Shown here piece after piece: positions 35,858 through 48,795 of a DNA stretch of 64,000 nucleotides. Source of the DNA: Octopus vulgaris (lineage: Eukaryota); contig OX597814.1 in NCBI GenBank assembly GCA_951406725.2, positions 102,548,001 through 102,612,000 on the forward strand, written 5' to 3'. The stretch's first letter is position 1. Each line of letters begins with the position of its first letter. The notes under the pieces were generated by a model. That model saw only the letters and a list, made by a program, of their open reading frames with translations. It made no database searches and was not told the DNA's origin. The position numbers were made by a program, and so were the translations under genes.

Positions 35858-38527
35858 CTAAAACTCCAGTTCTTTAATATCCAATTACAGCCTTATAGAC
35901 TTGAAATAAATATTTAGATTTCGGCTTTTATTTTTTTAGTTGGGCATAAAGCCGCAAAAGTTATTGTGGAAAGGATGTGCAAATGTAACATGCATTGTAA
36001 GGAATAAATGAAGTGAAATCATTTTGATTGGAACTTGAAACTGAGTCATGAACTCGACCCACTCAAAACTTAACCCTTTCTTAATCTATGCCCCTTACTA
36101 CTTCTTGGTTTTGATTCTAGCCAAAGATAGATGGCTTCTACTTGATTACTTAACTGCACACTACTGAATTAAAAAGGAAAGGGAGCATATATGTCCGGGG
36201 TAATGTAATAAAGAAGGGAAGATTGTGATTACAGTCTTCCCAGAGCTAAGCAACTCTATTTGATTTCATTATTCAAAGCCATTTCTACAAGGGAATCTCT
36301 TATTAATTTCAGTTGTGAGGGGGAAAAAAAGGAAAAATGTGCATTGGGTTTTAGGAGGGCATAATACCCTAATAGCAGGAACAATAACTTGTTAGCTTGA
36401 GCTAGGAGGATAGGTATATATGGGCATTAATTTGTGTTGGCAGAATTATTATAGCATTGATCAAGATACATTTCGGCATTTGTTCTGGCTCATTACATTC
36501 TGAGTTCAAATCTTGACATGGTCAACTTTGCTTTTCATCCTTCTGGAGTAATAATTTAAGTACTGCAGAAGTAGTCAACTAACCTCCCTTTCTAAATATC
36601 TGATACAAGTGCACTGCTAACACAGTAGAATATGGTGTTGACTTATAAAAACATTTAATATACTTTATAGTATATTATGGTTGCATAATAAAATAGTGTG
36701 TCCCTACAAGTCATTTTAAATATTTGGTTTTGTGTCTATGCTAGAAATTATTATTTAATAAGAGAAAAGAAAGAAACAGTTCTTATATCTTTTGCAGGTT
36801 CAGTTTGAAATTTTATAAATTGCCTATGTTGCTGTTGTTGAGCTCTGTATCGACCACAATTGAGTAGACTCATGCTTGAAAGGCATTCCAGCTGAGAACA
36901 CTCTAACCTTTTAGGTGTAAGCTTAGAACTAATTATCTAATGCATCCTTTACTAATGTAACACAATAAACTGAAACACTGAAGGAGATTTGTCAGCTATT
37001 TCTAACAGATTGTGTAACCCGTAGAGATTGCTCATGTGAGGATTGCAGTTCTGGGAAGGAAAGAATTCTAGTGAGTTACCACAAGGAGAAAGACAGGTCA
37101 GTGCATTGAATAGAACTAGTATTCAGCTTATTTGTAAGAACAGGAATCGTAGTTCAGGAATAAAAGATAGAAAGTGGGTCAGACTCAGCATCTTAGTGGA
37201 TGCAGTGTGTTATTTACCAATCTTTCATAATGGTGTTTTATTTTTTTAATGCTAATGTGTATAGTAGCTGTTGGTTTCACTTGTGATTTGTGTTGAACTA
37301 CCTTCACCAGGAATATAACTCAGTGCCTGTACAAAGGAAACAGTCTGGTAACCTCTGACTATTTCCTTACCTACCCCACTAGCTAATTTGTTCGTGTTCT
37401 TGAAAATATCAGCATACATCTTTTTCTTTTTACCTGTAATTATAGGTAAAAAGATGAGCGTGCTCTATGTTGCAAATAATTTATCCTTAATATTCTAAAG
37501 TTTGGGTATCTAGCCATATTTTAGGTTTCAATCTCTCACTTGAGTTTTATTAGAGAAGGGACAGTAACCATAGCCATTCTAATGACCCCACAAGACTAGA
37601 TCAAGGCAGTTGCTATTCGCCTTGAATTTCTGTAAGTTGATGTAATTAGGCAAAACATTTATGAAGTGATGCCTCTGAAGGATGATTTGGTAATTTGTAA
37701 GATCTGGCAGGGAATGCAAGAGAACAGTGTGACAGTGGTATGCAACTTACTGGTTCAGAGGAATAGAAATTGTAACAGTAGAATAAACATATAGAAAAAA
37801 TAAAGCCAGTGTTAGCAGTATATTGCTACTCAGACAAAGAGCCATATTTTTTTTTTATGAATGTGCAACAGTATCATAAATATGTGAAGCATGATTGGGA
37901 TTTGTAGAGAGCATCAAATCATGCCAGGAGTGTTCTCTGGTCCTAAAGAGAAAACCTAATCGATAGTTTTGTGTTTAGGCAAGATTGTGAAGGCTAACAT
38001 TTGTATTGATTTTGAAAGTTTTAGTTGAGTATTTTTCACTTATAGGTAAAGATATAGAGCAAGACCAATTTTTTGATGTGTCTAAGTGAATTGCTCCCTA
38101 ACTTTTTATATTTGTTTGACTTAACTTTTTGATAATGCAATTAGACAGTAGAGATTATGTTGTAAAAATCCTTAAGTTCTAAACTAAATGATTAACATTT
38201 CATGTTTTTCAATCTAAATTTTGCTGGAGTTGAATTATGTATATGTTAGTGGTGATGTATGAAAAAACAAATGGAATGGGTGGGTAGAATACAAATTATT
38301 ATATGAAATTACAGTTAGGATGTTGCACAGATATTCTGTTTCTTGTTAGCAAAGCAGATTTGCCAACTTTTGTTGCCAGCAAAAGCCAAGATATGCAGCC
38401 ATATCTTGACTTGCAGTCAGATCTTTTACTGACTGAATGAATGCTGGCAGAGCTGTTTTGTTAACAAGAAGCCCCGTGTATCACCATGGTATTCTGGCTA
38501 ATTTATATGATAAAGAGATTATATGTA

Positions 38528-38965
38528 TTAGCAGTATAGCCTGGCATTGCTCAGGTTTGTTTTTTAGTTGCGCTTCAAACAGCAGACTTTGATGTCGCGT
38601 TAAAGTTTTGACAGAGTTTCAATCTTTTTTGAAAAGTAAAAATTTTGCATTATGTAGCTTGTTATTCTCTTTAAGTGAACATTTTTCTGGTTGAAATACA
38701 CCGATAAATGGTGACACAGCAGTCAAAAAATCGTAAAAAATAGGAATTTTCATAGAAAAAAAAGCACCTTTTTAATGTAAATAATTTTTGGTCTTAACAT
38801 GGTCCGATTTGAATTTTTTCTTCTACAGAATGAAGAGCAACCCTTCTATCATACTCTCAATTTTGGTCAACTTGCACCGCAGGGTCTCTGAGGAGATAGT
38901 GTTAGTTGAAGGCTACCAAACCTGCCACTCACACACACAGACAACTTCAGCTTTATATGTATAGA
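38528..38965 (-). mobile_element. Non-autonomous Helitron
   Basis: On the minus strand: A|TCTATACATATAAAGCTGAAG ... CCTGAGCAATGCCAGG (decayed hairpin) CTATACTGCTAA|T. No TSD. Homologous to 42139-42486. Confidence 0.8.
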
Positions 38966-39019
38966 TTGAGTACTTAGAATTTTTTGTTTTTTTTTTCCAA
39001 TTTATTCATCACCTAAATG

Positions 39020-39310
39020 TTTTCAAATTTTGACACAAAGCCAGAAATTTTAAGGGAATGGATAAGTCAATTACCCTAAGTATTCAACAGGCACTTATTT
39101 TATCATCCCTGAAAGGATGAAAGACAAAGATATATTTTGTAGAATTTGAAATCTAATATTAACAATCCTTCTACTATAAGGTATAAGGCCTGAAATTTGG
39201 GGGAAGGAGCTTAGTTGATTACATCGACCCCCAATGCTAAACTGTTACTTATTTTATCAACCCTGAAAATAAAAAAGGCAAAATTGAACTTGGCAGAATT
39301 TGAAGCTTAA
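39020..39310 (-). mobile_element. Two tandem 3' fragments of family C SINE
   Basis: Two successive ...GTTGATTACATCGACCCC...GGCAAAATTGAACTTGGCAGAATTTGAA-type units. Confidence 0.7.
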
Positions 39311-41734
39311 TAATAATGGTGATGATGATGATGATGTCCGTATGTGTGTAAAAAAACATTTTTCCTCTGACATTTTGTATTTAATTATGCCCTCTGTTGT
39401 AACCATTATTTTGTTGTAAAGCTGAGGAACCAATCAAAATGATAATACATAGTAATGAATTATACTGTTTAAAGGAGTGGATGTGAGTGTTCTCTTGCCA
39501 GATTTTGTAAACTGTTTTACCTTGAACAAATTCTCGGTGTATTTTGTCTCGTATAATTGGGCTAGCGCTGCTCTAGCGGGAATTTCAAAGCTTTAACAAC
39601 TTTTATTTGTAATCCCTTGCGGGGCATGGAAGAAAATTAGGTCTATAATTATATAAAGTTCCTCTTAGGAAATAAGGAAGTAAATTGTAGCTTTAGTGGG
39701 GGTCCCAAATGATTAATGAGTATTTAATGTTTCATTAGTATCATGACGTTGTTACTGTTGTGGGACGTTTAATGCATTTCTCTGTGTGTTACGGAAAAGA
39801 GGAGAGACTTATGTCAATGAATTTAGGTATTTTAATCAGGCCTCTTTTGAGAAGAGAAATGTTTTTTTTATTCCTTTTCATAAAATAGGTCAACTATAGG
39901 TGTTCAGCGTATTAAGCAGAAAAAAAAAGAGCAAATAACTATTTTAGCTAACACCCTCTTGTAAAAAGAGGAAGAAAAATTAATCAAATATAGCATGTGT
40001 TAGTAAAAAAAGGATCAGACATTCTGTATTTTCAAATAGTCTTTCATGTTTGTTTACTAAAAGATGTTGCTTGGCCAAATAAAAGCTTTATTACAGAAAG
40101 ATGAAAACTAAATTTTGCGGGATAAATTGAATAAAAATAGACATGAGTGGTAGTCCTCTCGGCTAATTTAATTCAAATTAGGAGTAGATTTCTGTTCACT
40201 ACATCTTTCCTTTTCTTTGCTGAAGTTTCACAAATAAGTTTGTAAAAACCCACTTGTGCATGCGTTTTGTTGAGTTCACACTTTTGCAAGCATTTGGACC
40301 AAACCCTTGCACAACACAACATAAGTAATGCTATTGATTTTTTTTTGTTTTTTCGTCTTTTAGTCAAGGAGAAAGGCAATGTCCATGGCTTTTTACAGGG
40401 CCTTCAAGACAGGAGAGAGAGAGAGAATGGAACCTTCAAACTGGAGATCTGTCTTGAATGCTTGTCACTGAATGAACTCAGCTAAGAGTAATCAATGTAA
40501 TAGGTGTTAAATTAGGCAATGGATTAAGTTTAAGGCTTTCTCTACAAATACTTGCTGCCTTATAAGAGAGGGCCCTGACCCAGAAGGTTGGCTTATCAAC
40601 TGGTGCAAAATAATTCCTATGTCCTCTTCTGCCCACACAAAGTATAGGGAGACCCACTCTTGATGCTGTCTTCCTGATGAGTGACATCTCACAAGGACTG
40701 GAGTAGTGGTTAGCAACAACAAACAGGCTGTGGTTTCTTCTTTGCTTCCCTACCAAAACAGAGTCTCTATGCAGTGGGATCCAGACAAAATCCCCATAGT
40801 TAAAGTGTGAAAATGGACAAAAGCCCCTCAGTTATATTTTTCGGTTACTTTTTCTATTTGTTTTTTTCTTTACTTGTTGCAGTCATTAGACTGTGGCCAT
40901 GCTGGGGCATCACCTTGAGGAATTTTTAGTCAAATGTATCAACTCCAGAATCTTTTTTAGGTGATTTTCAACCAGCACATGAAGTTAAGCCTAGAAGGTC
41001 TCTCCACATGCTAGAAATAACAGCCAAATCTTTAAAAAGAAATTTCTATAATTTCAAGTAAACAAAAATTAAAATAAAATTGGGTGGGGATGGTCACAAC
41101 TGAAATTTGATCATAGGTTTCTTTTTTCTCATTCATGGCTACTGTAGCGTGGTTATGACAAAAGACCTGTCAGTTTATAGACATTTATTACTGCGTTGAT
41201 ACAAAAGGTGTGTAGGCAATACAAGAAGAGTAAATGTTATATCAATGACGGATATTACAGGTGTAGGAGATCTTCATCAGAAATTTGATATTTAGGTTGA
41301 TTTTTCTCATCGGTACATATTCATGTTGCCGAGGTGGGTGTCTTCATCTACTGAACCAGGTTGAGTACAAAAAGCTGTGAGAACAGCTCTTAGTGAGAAT
41401 GTGCTTGGTTGAGTATGTAGTGTGGAAACAGCTATTAGTAAGAGGAATTCACCAAGGACCAAATTCACTGTAGCATTTTGGTGCTAAAAGCCGCTGTATT
41501 TGTAGCCTCTGTTAACATTCTTGTGACTATTGCCAGACTATCACATGCACAAAAAGCACTGACTGGCAGAAATGGGATCTGTACACTTGATAAACTCGTA
41601 ATTTACATGGGATCGAAATCACCTGTTATACTATCTTACCCAGTGCTCAGTAACAACATATACAATCGCATAAGAGAGCTTGTAAGTGCTTGCTTGACCT
41701 GATTGCTCACCCTGCTAGAAATAGCAATCAAATA

Positions 41735-41875
41735 TTAGGTTGTCCCAAAAGTTCGTAAACACTTGCGAAAATTGAATTTTTACTCGCCAAGTACTAACAA
41801 AAACAACAAAAATTATTCCTCAAAATAAAGACCATTATTTTCCAAGACTTTCTACGAACTTTTGGGACCACCTTA
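41735..41875. mobile_element. Mariner-derived MITE (~140 bp) inserted in a family F repeat
   Basis: TA|TTAGGTTGTCCCAAAAGTTCGTA ... TACGAACTTTTGGGACCACCTTA|TA. Confidence 0.85.
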
Positions 41876-42138
41876 TAATACACTATTGTCTTTAAAAAAG
41901 AAAGGATACATTGACTAACACAGTCCTAGAAACGCAGAGATGATCGTGACTGAAATTTGATCATAGATTTGCTCATTCATAGCCAGTTCAGCAACAATGT
42001 TATGCAATTGAAGAAGGGAGCTTTTAAGTGCTTACCTGATCTGGTAAAAGCAGCAACGAAATTTCCTTTAAATCATATCTTACTGTCTTAAAAACGAAAT
42101 TTATGACTACATTGGACATTAGTTGCTGACTCTATAAA

Positions 42139-42486
42139 TCTCTATATATATAAAGCTGAAGTTATCTGTGTATGGCAGGTTTGGTAGCCTTTAACTAACA
42201 CTATCTCCTCCGAGACCCTGCGGTGCAAGTTGACCAAAATTGAGAGTATGATAGAAAAAGGCTTGCTCTTCCTTCCGTAGAAGAAAAAAATTCAAATCGG
42301 ACCATATTAACACCAAAAATTATTTACATCAAAAAGGTGCTTTTTTTCTATGAAAATCCCTATTTTTTACACCATTTTTCGGTGTATTTCAACCAGAAAA
42401 ATGTTCAATGCAAAATTTTTACTTTTCAAAAATTCCAATTCTAAAGGGTCAAAACAAACCCGAACAACACTGGGCGATACTGCTAA
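42139..42486 (+). mobile_element. Non-autonomous Helitron
   Basis: A|TCTCTATATATATAAAGCTG 5' end, subterminal CCCGAACAACACTGGG hairpin relic, CTAA|T 3' end (CTRR rule), inserted between A and T. Confidence 0.8.
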
Positions 42487-42798
42487 TCTCAAATAAGGTT
42501 AACATTTGAGTAGTACTCATAACAACAGTTCGTCGCCCAAAATCTTGTGAATGAAATTTGGTAGATTAAAAGATTGGCATACAATTACAATATCATTTTC
42601 TAAAGGAAAGCGTGTGTTGCGTATTCAATGATTATATCAGGAGTGAATAAGATTTCCCTTAAACATTTGTTTTGTTGTTATTAATAAGTCAACTAAAACA
42701 GTTTAGCTTGGAATTTGGAAAGAAAGGTACTACTGGGCGGATTTCATTGATAGATGCAAAAACATGCTTTCAGCTGGAATTGGATTGAAGGATTCAAT

Positions 42799-42928
42799 CT
42801 ATGGAATCTGAGAATTCTTAAAGAGGAAAGGTGGTTATAATATCTTGCTTTTGTTGCGAAGCTATGGAATCTGAGAATTCTTAAAGACGAAAGGTGGTTC
42901 TAATATCTTGCTTTTGTCACGAAGCTAT
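42799..42928. repeat. 63-bp tandem duplication (2 copies)
   Basis: CTATGGAATCTGAGAATTCTTAAAGA...CGAAG starts at 42799 and 42862 with about 4 mismatches. Confidence 0.93.
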
Positions 42929-43696
42929 TATTAACTTGCATTCATCGTTCGTTTATCCATTTGACAACTGTTAATACAGTAATACCGAAGCCTTTAAAAA
43001 GGCACTGCTTCTAAACTCGAAAGGTCAGAAAGTCCAATGTGTTATATAAATTTTTATTTTTTACTTGCTGTTTCGCTTTCAAAGATGAAATGTATTTTTA
43101 TTTTAGGATTGACCTCTTCGTGAAAAGATAAGTTAATATTAGTGTGGTTAATGTCAAATGTGAAGTCTCTATACTTTAGCAGAAAGAATAAAATGTGCTT
43201 CAGTACAAGTATTAATTTCTTGATATTACATACATGAAATATCTTTTCACTTCAAACATTACAGTCATTTCAATTATTATTGTTGTTGTTGTTGCTGTTG
43301 CTGCTGCTGTTGTTGTTGTTAAAAATTTAGATCTCTTTTATCTTTTTATATTTCATATCGTGAAGAAGTTTGCTTAAATAGAAGTTCTATATGTTGAACT
43401 CAAACGAGTAACATTTTGTTTCTTTTCTCTAGATGCAAAGATCCTATGATTTAGAGACAGGAAATATCAGTTTGTAATGTTTATCATGCCTTTGTAAAAT
43501 ACCTAAGAGAAGTGAATTTATTGATTTCTTCTAGAATTGAAACTTTGCTATATTCTTCTTCCAGATTATGCCAACCGTCTCAAGCTGCACCAACCAGTCA
43601 ATAATTCTGTTCTGTATTTAGTCATAGAAGGTGAGCTTTGAGGCAGGTTTCTTTCATCCCTTCTCTCAGAAATTTTAATCTTTTCTTCTCCATACA

Positions 43697-44055
43697 TAGC
43701 AGCATGGTAAAAAGTTTGTTTTCCAAACATGTGGTTTCGGGTTCAATCCCTCTATGTGGCACCATGGACAAGTCTCATCTACTGTAGCCCTGGGCTGACC
43801 CAAGCCTTGTAACTGGATTTGATAGACAGAAACTGAAAGAAGCTCATCATGTGTGTGTGTATCCCTACTCACACAGCTTAACTGGTGCTGGTTTATTCAC
43901 ATCCTCATAACTTACCAGTTCAACAAAAGAAACCGACAGAATAAGTACCAGACTTTAAAAAATAAGTGCTGGGGTCGATTTGTTTGACTAAAACCCTTCA
44001 AAGCAGTGCCCCAGCATGGCCGCAATCAAATGACTGAAGCAAGTAAAAGATAGAA
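43697..44055 (+). mobile_element. Family A SINE, tail type 1
   Basis: B box GGTTCAATCCC. Tail GGGGTCGATTTGTTTGACTAAAACCC...GCATGGCCGCAATCAAATGACTGAAGCAAGTAAAAGA. Confidence 0.85.
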
Positions 44056-44734
44056 GATAATAAAAGATATTAGTAATTAATGTTACAGAGCAATTAATTT
44101 TCCTATGATAATACTTCTATAGACATTAGGTGTTTTTTCTAAGTTAGATTTCATACCAACTCTATCTGACAAGCCAGAGCATGAATCAACAATAGCTGAC
44201 GCATCTACCACTACCAAAGCTCCTTTTATAATGATCATGAAATAAACATTTCAAATTTAGCAACTAGATTTCTAGCTTGTAAAGATTCCATTCTCTCTTT
44301 TTTTTTTTTTTTCTAAGTGTATAAATAAAATAAGTAAAAGTAAACGATAATGAATGCAACAACCATCATTCAGGTGAAACTTTTCATAGAGACGTTAACA
44401 AAACATTAGGAGAAAATATAGGATTTCAAAGGAAAATAATCGTGTTAGCCAATGTTTTTGTTCTCGTTACGGAATCTTTTTTAAATGAAGTGTAATTATA
44501 GTACGAAAAGGCTGCCTCGAATATCTTTATTTAATGACAGCTGAATAAAACCGCAGTGTGAAACCTTAAACTAATGACTAGAGAGAGAGAGACGTGGGGA
44601 GGGAGAAAGAACGTTTCTCAATTCTTCAAGAGAGGAAACAAATATGTGTGCTATAAGTTTATGATATGGTACATAAAATGAATTAATTACTGTATGAATC
44701 TTTGCAGCAGCAATAATAATAATAATAATAATAA

Positions 44735-44951
44735 TAATCCCTTCCACTATAGGCACAAGACTTGGAATTTGTGGGGAGAGGGATATTCGATCATATCAAC
44801 CTCAGTACTTGACTGGTACTTAATTTATCGACTTCGAAAGGATGAAAGGCAAAGTCGACCTCGGTGGAATTTGAACTCAGAATGTAGCAATGGGCAAAAT
44901 ACCATTAAGAATTTCATCCTGCATATTAATGATTCTGTCAGTTCGCCACTT
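44735..44951 (-). mobile_element. Family C SINE flanked by (AAT)n
   Basis: GGCACAAGAC...GACTGGTACTTAATTTATCGAC...GAAAGGATGAAAGGCAAAGTCGACCTCGGTGGAATTTGAACTCAG...GTTCGCCAC. Confidence 0.85.
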
Positions 44952-45019
44952 AATAATAGCAGTAGTAGTAGTAATAATAATAATAATAATAGTAATAATA
45001 ATAATAACAATTATAATAA

Positions 45020-46525
45020 GGATTTCATTTATTTGCCACAAGGGCGAAGAATGAGGGGGACAATACGAAGACAGACATAAAGTGTGGGAGTTGACATACA
45101 ATGAAATGATAAAATAAAAAAGAAAAGAAAGTAAGTATACACTGACAAACAAAGGACATATGCATAGCATACAAAGGTTTTTAAAAAAAAGTGGCAAGGT
45201 GGAAGATAGAGATGTGACCCTCCTGATACCGGAAGGTTTCTTGGGATAATCAAGGAACCCCACTGTCCGAGATTTCCCTGAAACCCCAAGAGTGCCCTCT
45301 CTAATACCTTCTCTCTGACTCACAGGTTTACACTTTCTAGCTTGCTATTTTCACAACTTGCACCCACCTTTCAATAAACTCACTCAAGGGCGGCACTTCC
45401 TTCTCCACTCTCAGTTTCCTTTTCAAGAGAAACTTGAAGAAGTTAATGAGAGCTCTACTAAAGAGGAATGTATCTGCCCTCATGCCTTTCAGCCTTGTCC
45501 ACCAAACAACTCTTTTGCCACAGCCACCAAGCAAAAGAAAACTGCCTTGCCTGCCCAATTGAAAGAGGGCAGTGGTGCAATTGTCACTACAGACTCATCC
45601 AACACACAGATCCATCCCACATGTGACAGCAGCTGTTCGACATAACCTCACAAGTCAGCAATGCCTGGACACTGAACGAAGGCATGTGGAACGGTTTTGT
45701 CACTCTGCACGCACCTCAAACAAGCTCGTCTGACAGCACATCCATACCTATAGAATTTATCTTGAACCATTAGCGCCTTTCAGCAGCACTGCCAGGCCAA
45801 GGACATCTGGAAATTATCCATGAAAAATTCCCGACCGGAAAATCTTCCATAACAGTTCATTCTTGTCAGCATCCAGAGTTTTCCCAAAAATGTTGTCGCA
45901 CTTCCCTGCCACTAATCCTCCATAAATTTCTAAAGTGGAACATCCACCAATCTCATTGCCCAGCTGGTAGAGGGCTGTGGGTGCCTGACAACATTCTAGG
46001 TGGCAGGCACCCAGTCTCAATCTTTTCTTCACCCAGGACTGCAGCTCCATCAAAGAGATGAGCTGCGGAAAGACGAGCCTCACAAACGGAACCCACATAC
46101 GCTCACCATCCAGAAACATTGCAGGAGGCATAACCTATGAGTGTGTCTGCGCATTAGGAGCCACGACATACCACTCAGAGGATGCTGGCAAAAGACTGAC
46201 CACCTAACCATTGGAACGTGTCCCTTCCACAAGAATTTAGATAAGAGACACTCCAACCTTGTCAAGCCGTAACTAAAACAAGGCACGACAGGCGATAAAT
46301 GATAGCTGAGGCAATGTAAGTATTTGCCACCTCTATCCAACCATTTGGAGACACCTTCCTCTCAGCCCATTTCTGGGTAAGACAGGACACCCTCTTCACC
46401 ACCTCATCCCAGTTCTTATCAACCTGGAGGTTGAGACCAAACTAAACACCAAGCAGTTTAACTGGTCTGTCGGTCCAGCGTTCAACGATGCTGTCCAATG
46501 GCACCGTCCTGCCTCTCCAAGAGCC
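45020..46525 (-). mobile_element. 5'-truncated, decayed Tx1/L1-clade LINE (ORF2 C-terminal part + 3' UTR)
   Basis: Minus-strand relics VERWTDRPVKLLGV (end of RT), SKFLWKGHVPMVR, LAWQCC, CLRCVQSDKTVPHAFVQCP (zf-RVT-like CCHC), VVWWTRLKG. The 3' end has AATAAA, and (AAT)n lies on both sides. Confidence 0.75.
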
Positions 46526-46564
46526 CAATAATAATAATAATAATTATTATTATTATTATAAATA

Positions 46565-47338
46565 ATTATCTTTTCTACTGAAGGCATAAGACCTAGAATT
46601 TGAGGGGAAGAAGACAGCCAAACACATCAACCCCTGTACTCGACTGGGACTTAATTTATTGACCCTGAAATGGTGAAAGGCAAAGTTGACCTTCACAGAA
46701 TTTGAACTCAGAACCTGAAGACAGATGAAATACTGCTAAGCATTTTCGCTTGGCATGTTACTGATTCTGCCAGCTCACTGCCTTAGTAATAATAATAATA
46801 ATCATTTCTATTAAAAGCACAAGGTCTGAAATTTTGGGTAGGGGACTAGTCGATTACATCGATCCCAGTGTTTCACTGGTACTTAATTTATCGATCCTGA
46901 AAGGATGAAAGGCAAAGTTGACTTCAGCAGAATTTGAACTCAGATCGTAAAGATGGATGAAATGCTGCTAAGCATTTTGTCCGGTGTGCTAATGATTCTG
47001 CCAATATTATAATAATAATAATAATAATAATAAAGGTTTCAAATTTTGGCACAAGGCATTTCACCTGGTATTCTAACAATTCTGCCAGCTCGCCACCTCA
47101 ATAATAATAATAATAATAATAATGATTTCAAATCTTTCTGCAAGGGTAGCCATTTTGGAGGGGGTGATGAGTCGATTACATCAACCCTAGTATTCAACTG
47201 GTACTTAATTTATTGACCCTGAAAGGGTGAAAGGCAAAGTCGACCGTGACAGAATTTGAACTCAGAACGTAATGACAGACGAAATACTGCTAAGCATTCC
47301 ATTCAGCATTCTAATGATTCTGCCAGCTCACCGCCTTA
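46565..47338 (-). mobile_element. Head-to-tail array of family C SINEs (three near-complete, one deleted) separated by (AAT)n
   Basis: Copies at ~46565-46785, 46800-47005, 47033-47098 and 47122-47338, all in the same orientation. Confidence 0.85.
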
Positions 47339-48371
47339 ATAATAATAATAATAATAGTATAAAAGATGGGCTATAGCAAATATTCTGCTCAATACCACAG
47401 ATTTGCTTGTCAGTTGTTTGACCATAACCAGTTGACCATGTCCCTTAGTGGCTGACAATATGTGCATCTCTGATCACAAGCAGAAGTAGTGGGGGAGCAT
47501 CATAGCCATGTGTTGAGAGAGATTCTTTGGGGTTTGAATAATTCACCTCTGGAAACATGGGTGGTTTTTTCAACATCCTTAAACAACCCTTATTCAGAGA
47601 CCTTTTGAGTGAGATGGACTACTCAACCAGAAGAAAATTCTAACTGGGCCCCACCTGTAAGGTCATGCACTGTTTATCTTGATATGAGATCACCATGTCG
47701 CACACATGTGGTTGTGATGCATGTACTTGGTGTACCCTTATCAGATGGGTAGTCATGATGGGTATACTGGGCTTCATATATTTTACCCCAGTGTCACTAA
47801 TGGCATGCACTGTTCTCACTCAATAATAATAATTCATTTTTAGAAGTGCTGGGACATGCTTTTTGCTTTTAATATCATTATATATTGTATGCCACATATT
47901 CTATTCAATTTGATTTGATGTGACAATGTTTTGTTTACTTTATTCTCTCAGTGCTGGGTGACAGGTTTTACCAAGAAGTCGACTTTCAAGTGGGCTGAGG
48001 TCAAAGCTTTAAAGAGGAAAAGCAAAATGCAATAAACAGAAATTAAAAAAAAAAGCAAAATTGGATTACTGGTGCCATTCAAACGCAGCAACTTAATTAT
48101 TCTCTCTGTTTTTATCCGATATCCAATATCTCCAATAATATTTTAATAATCTTTGTTGTCACAGCTAGATTGACATTTCAGAATAAGAAATTCAAACCAC
48201 TCTAAGTGCAGCTCTATTTATTTTTCTTTCTTTTGAAATATAAGTTCAAGTGACATTAGATTATTGTAGATGTGGAAAAACATATTTGGTCACCACCTCA
48301 TCCACCTGTGAGCTCAAATTCATTGTAGATCTTTCACTGTGTTCTACATAGAAACTTATATTCTAGATGGA

Positions 48372-48795
48372 GTAAATTTTTACTTTTATATCTGTCTCAC
48401 CCTGAAGGTACAATTTGTTTTCTTCTGTAGTTTTTGATGCATTTTAAATGGATATAACCCTCCAAGTTACTAGAAACTACTTGTTCCTTAGGTAAACTGC
48501 TGCCCCAAAGTGAGATGGGTGTAATAAAAATTTACTAGACAGTTATCCATATCACACTAGCATATGAACCTATCACACATTATAAACACTGTAGAGAACC
48601 AATTAAATGGAATAAATTTACTATTACATCTGTCTCACTCTGAAGGTGAAATTTATAACTGTCTCACTTTGGAGGCAAAATTTAATGCTTTCCCAATGGT
48701 TTTCAATGTATTTTGAATGAATCTGACCATTAAAGTCATCACTCATTCTTTAAATAAACAACACCTTCGAAGTGCCATCAGTGTAACAGTAAAAA
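48372..48795. repeat. Two decayed tandem copies of a small inverted-repeat element (MITE-like)
   Basis: TAAATTTTTAC...TCTGTCTCACCCTGAAGG ... CCCCAAAGTGAGATGGGTGTAATAAAAATTTA. A similar unit restarts at ~48612. Confidence 0.4.

Noticed and set aside
40674-40700. Hammerhead candidate CTGATGA-GTGA-CATC-TCAC
   Set aside because: Stem II is plausible, but it is followed by AAGG instead of GAAA and has no stem III.
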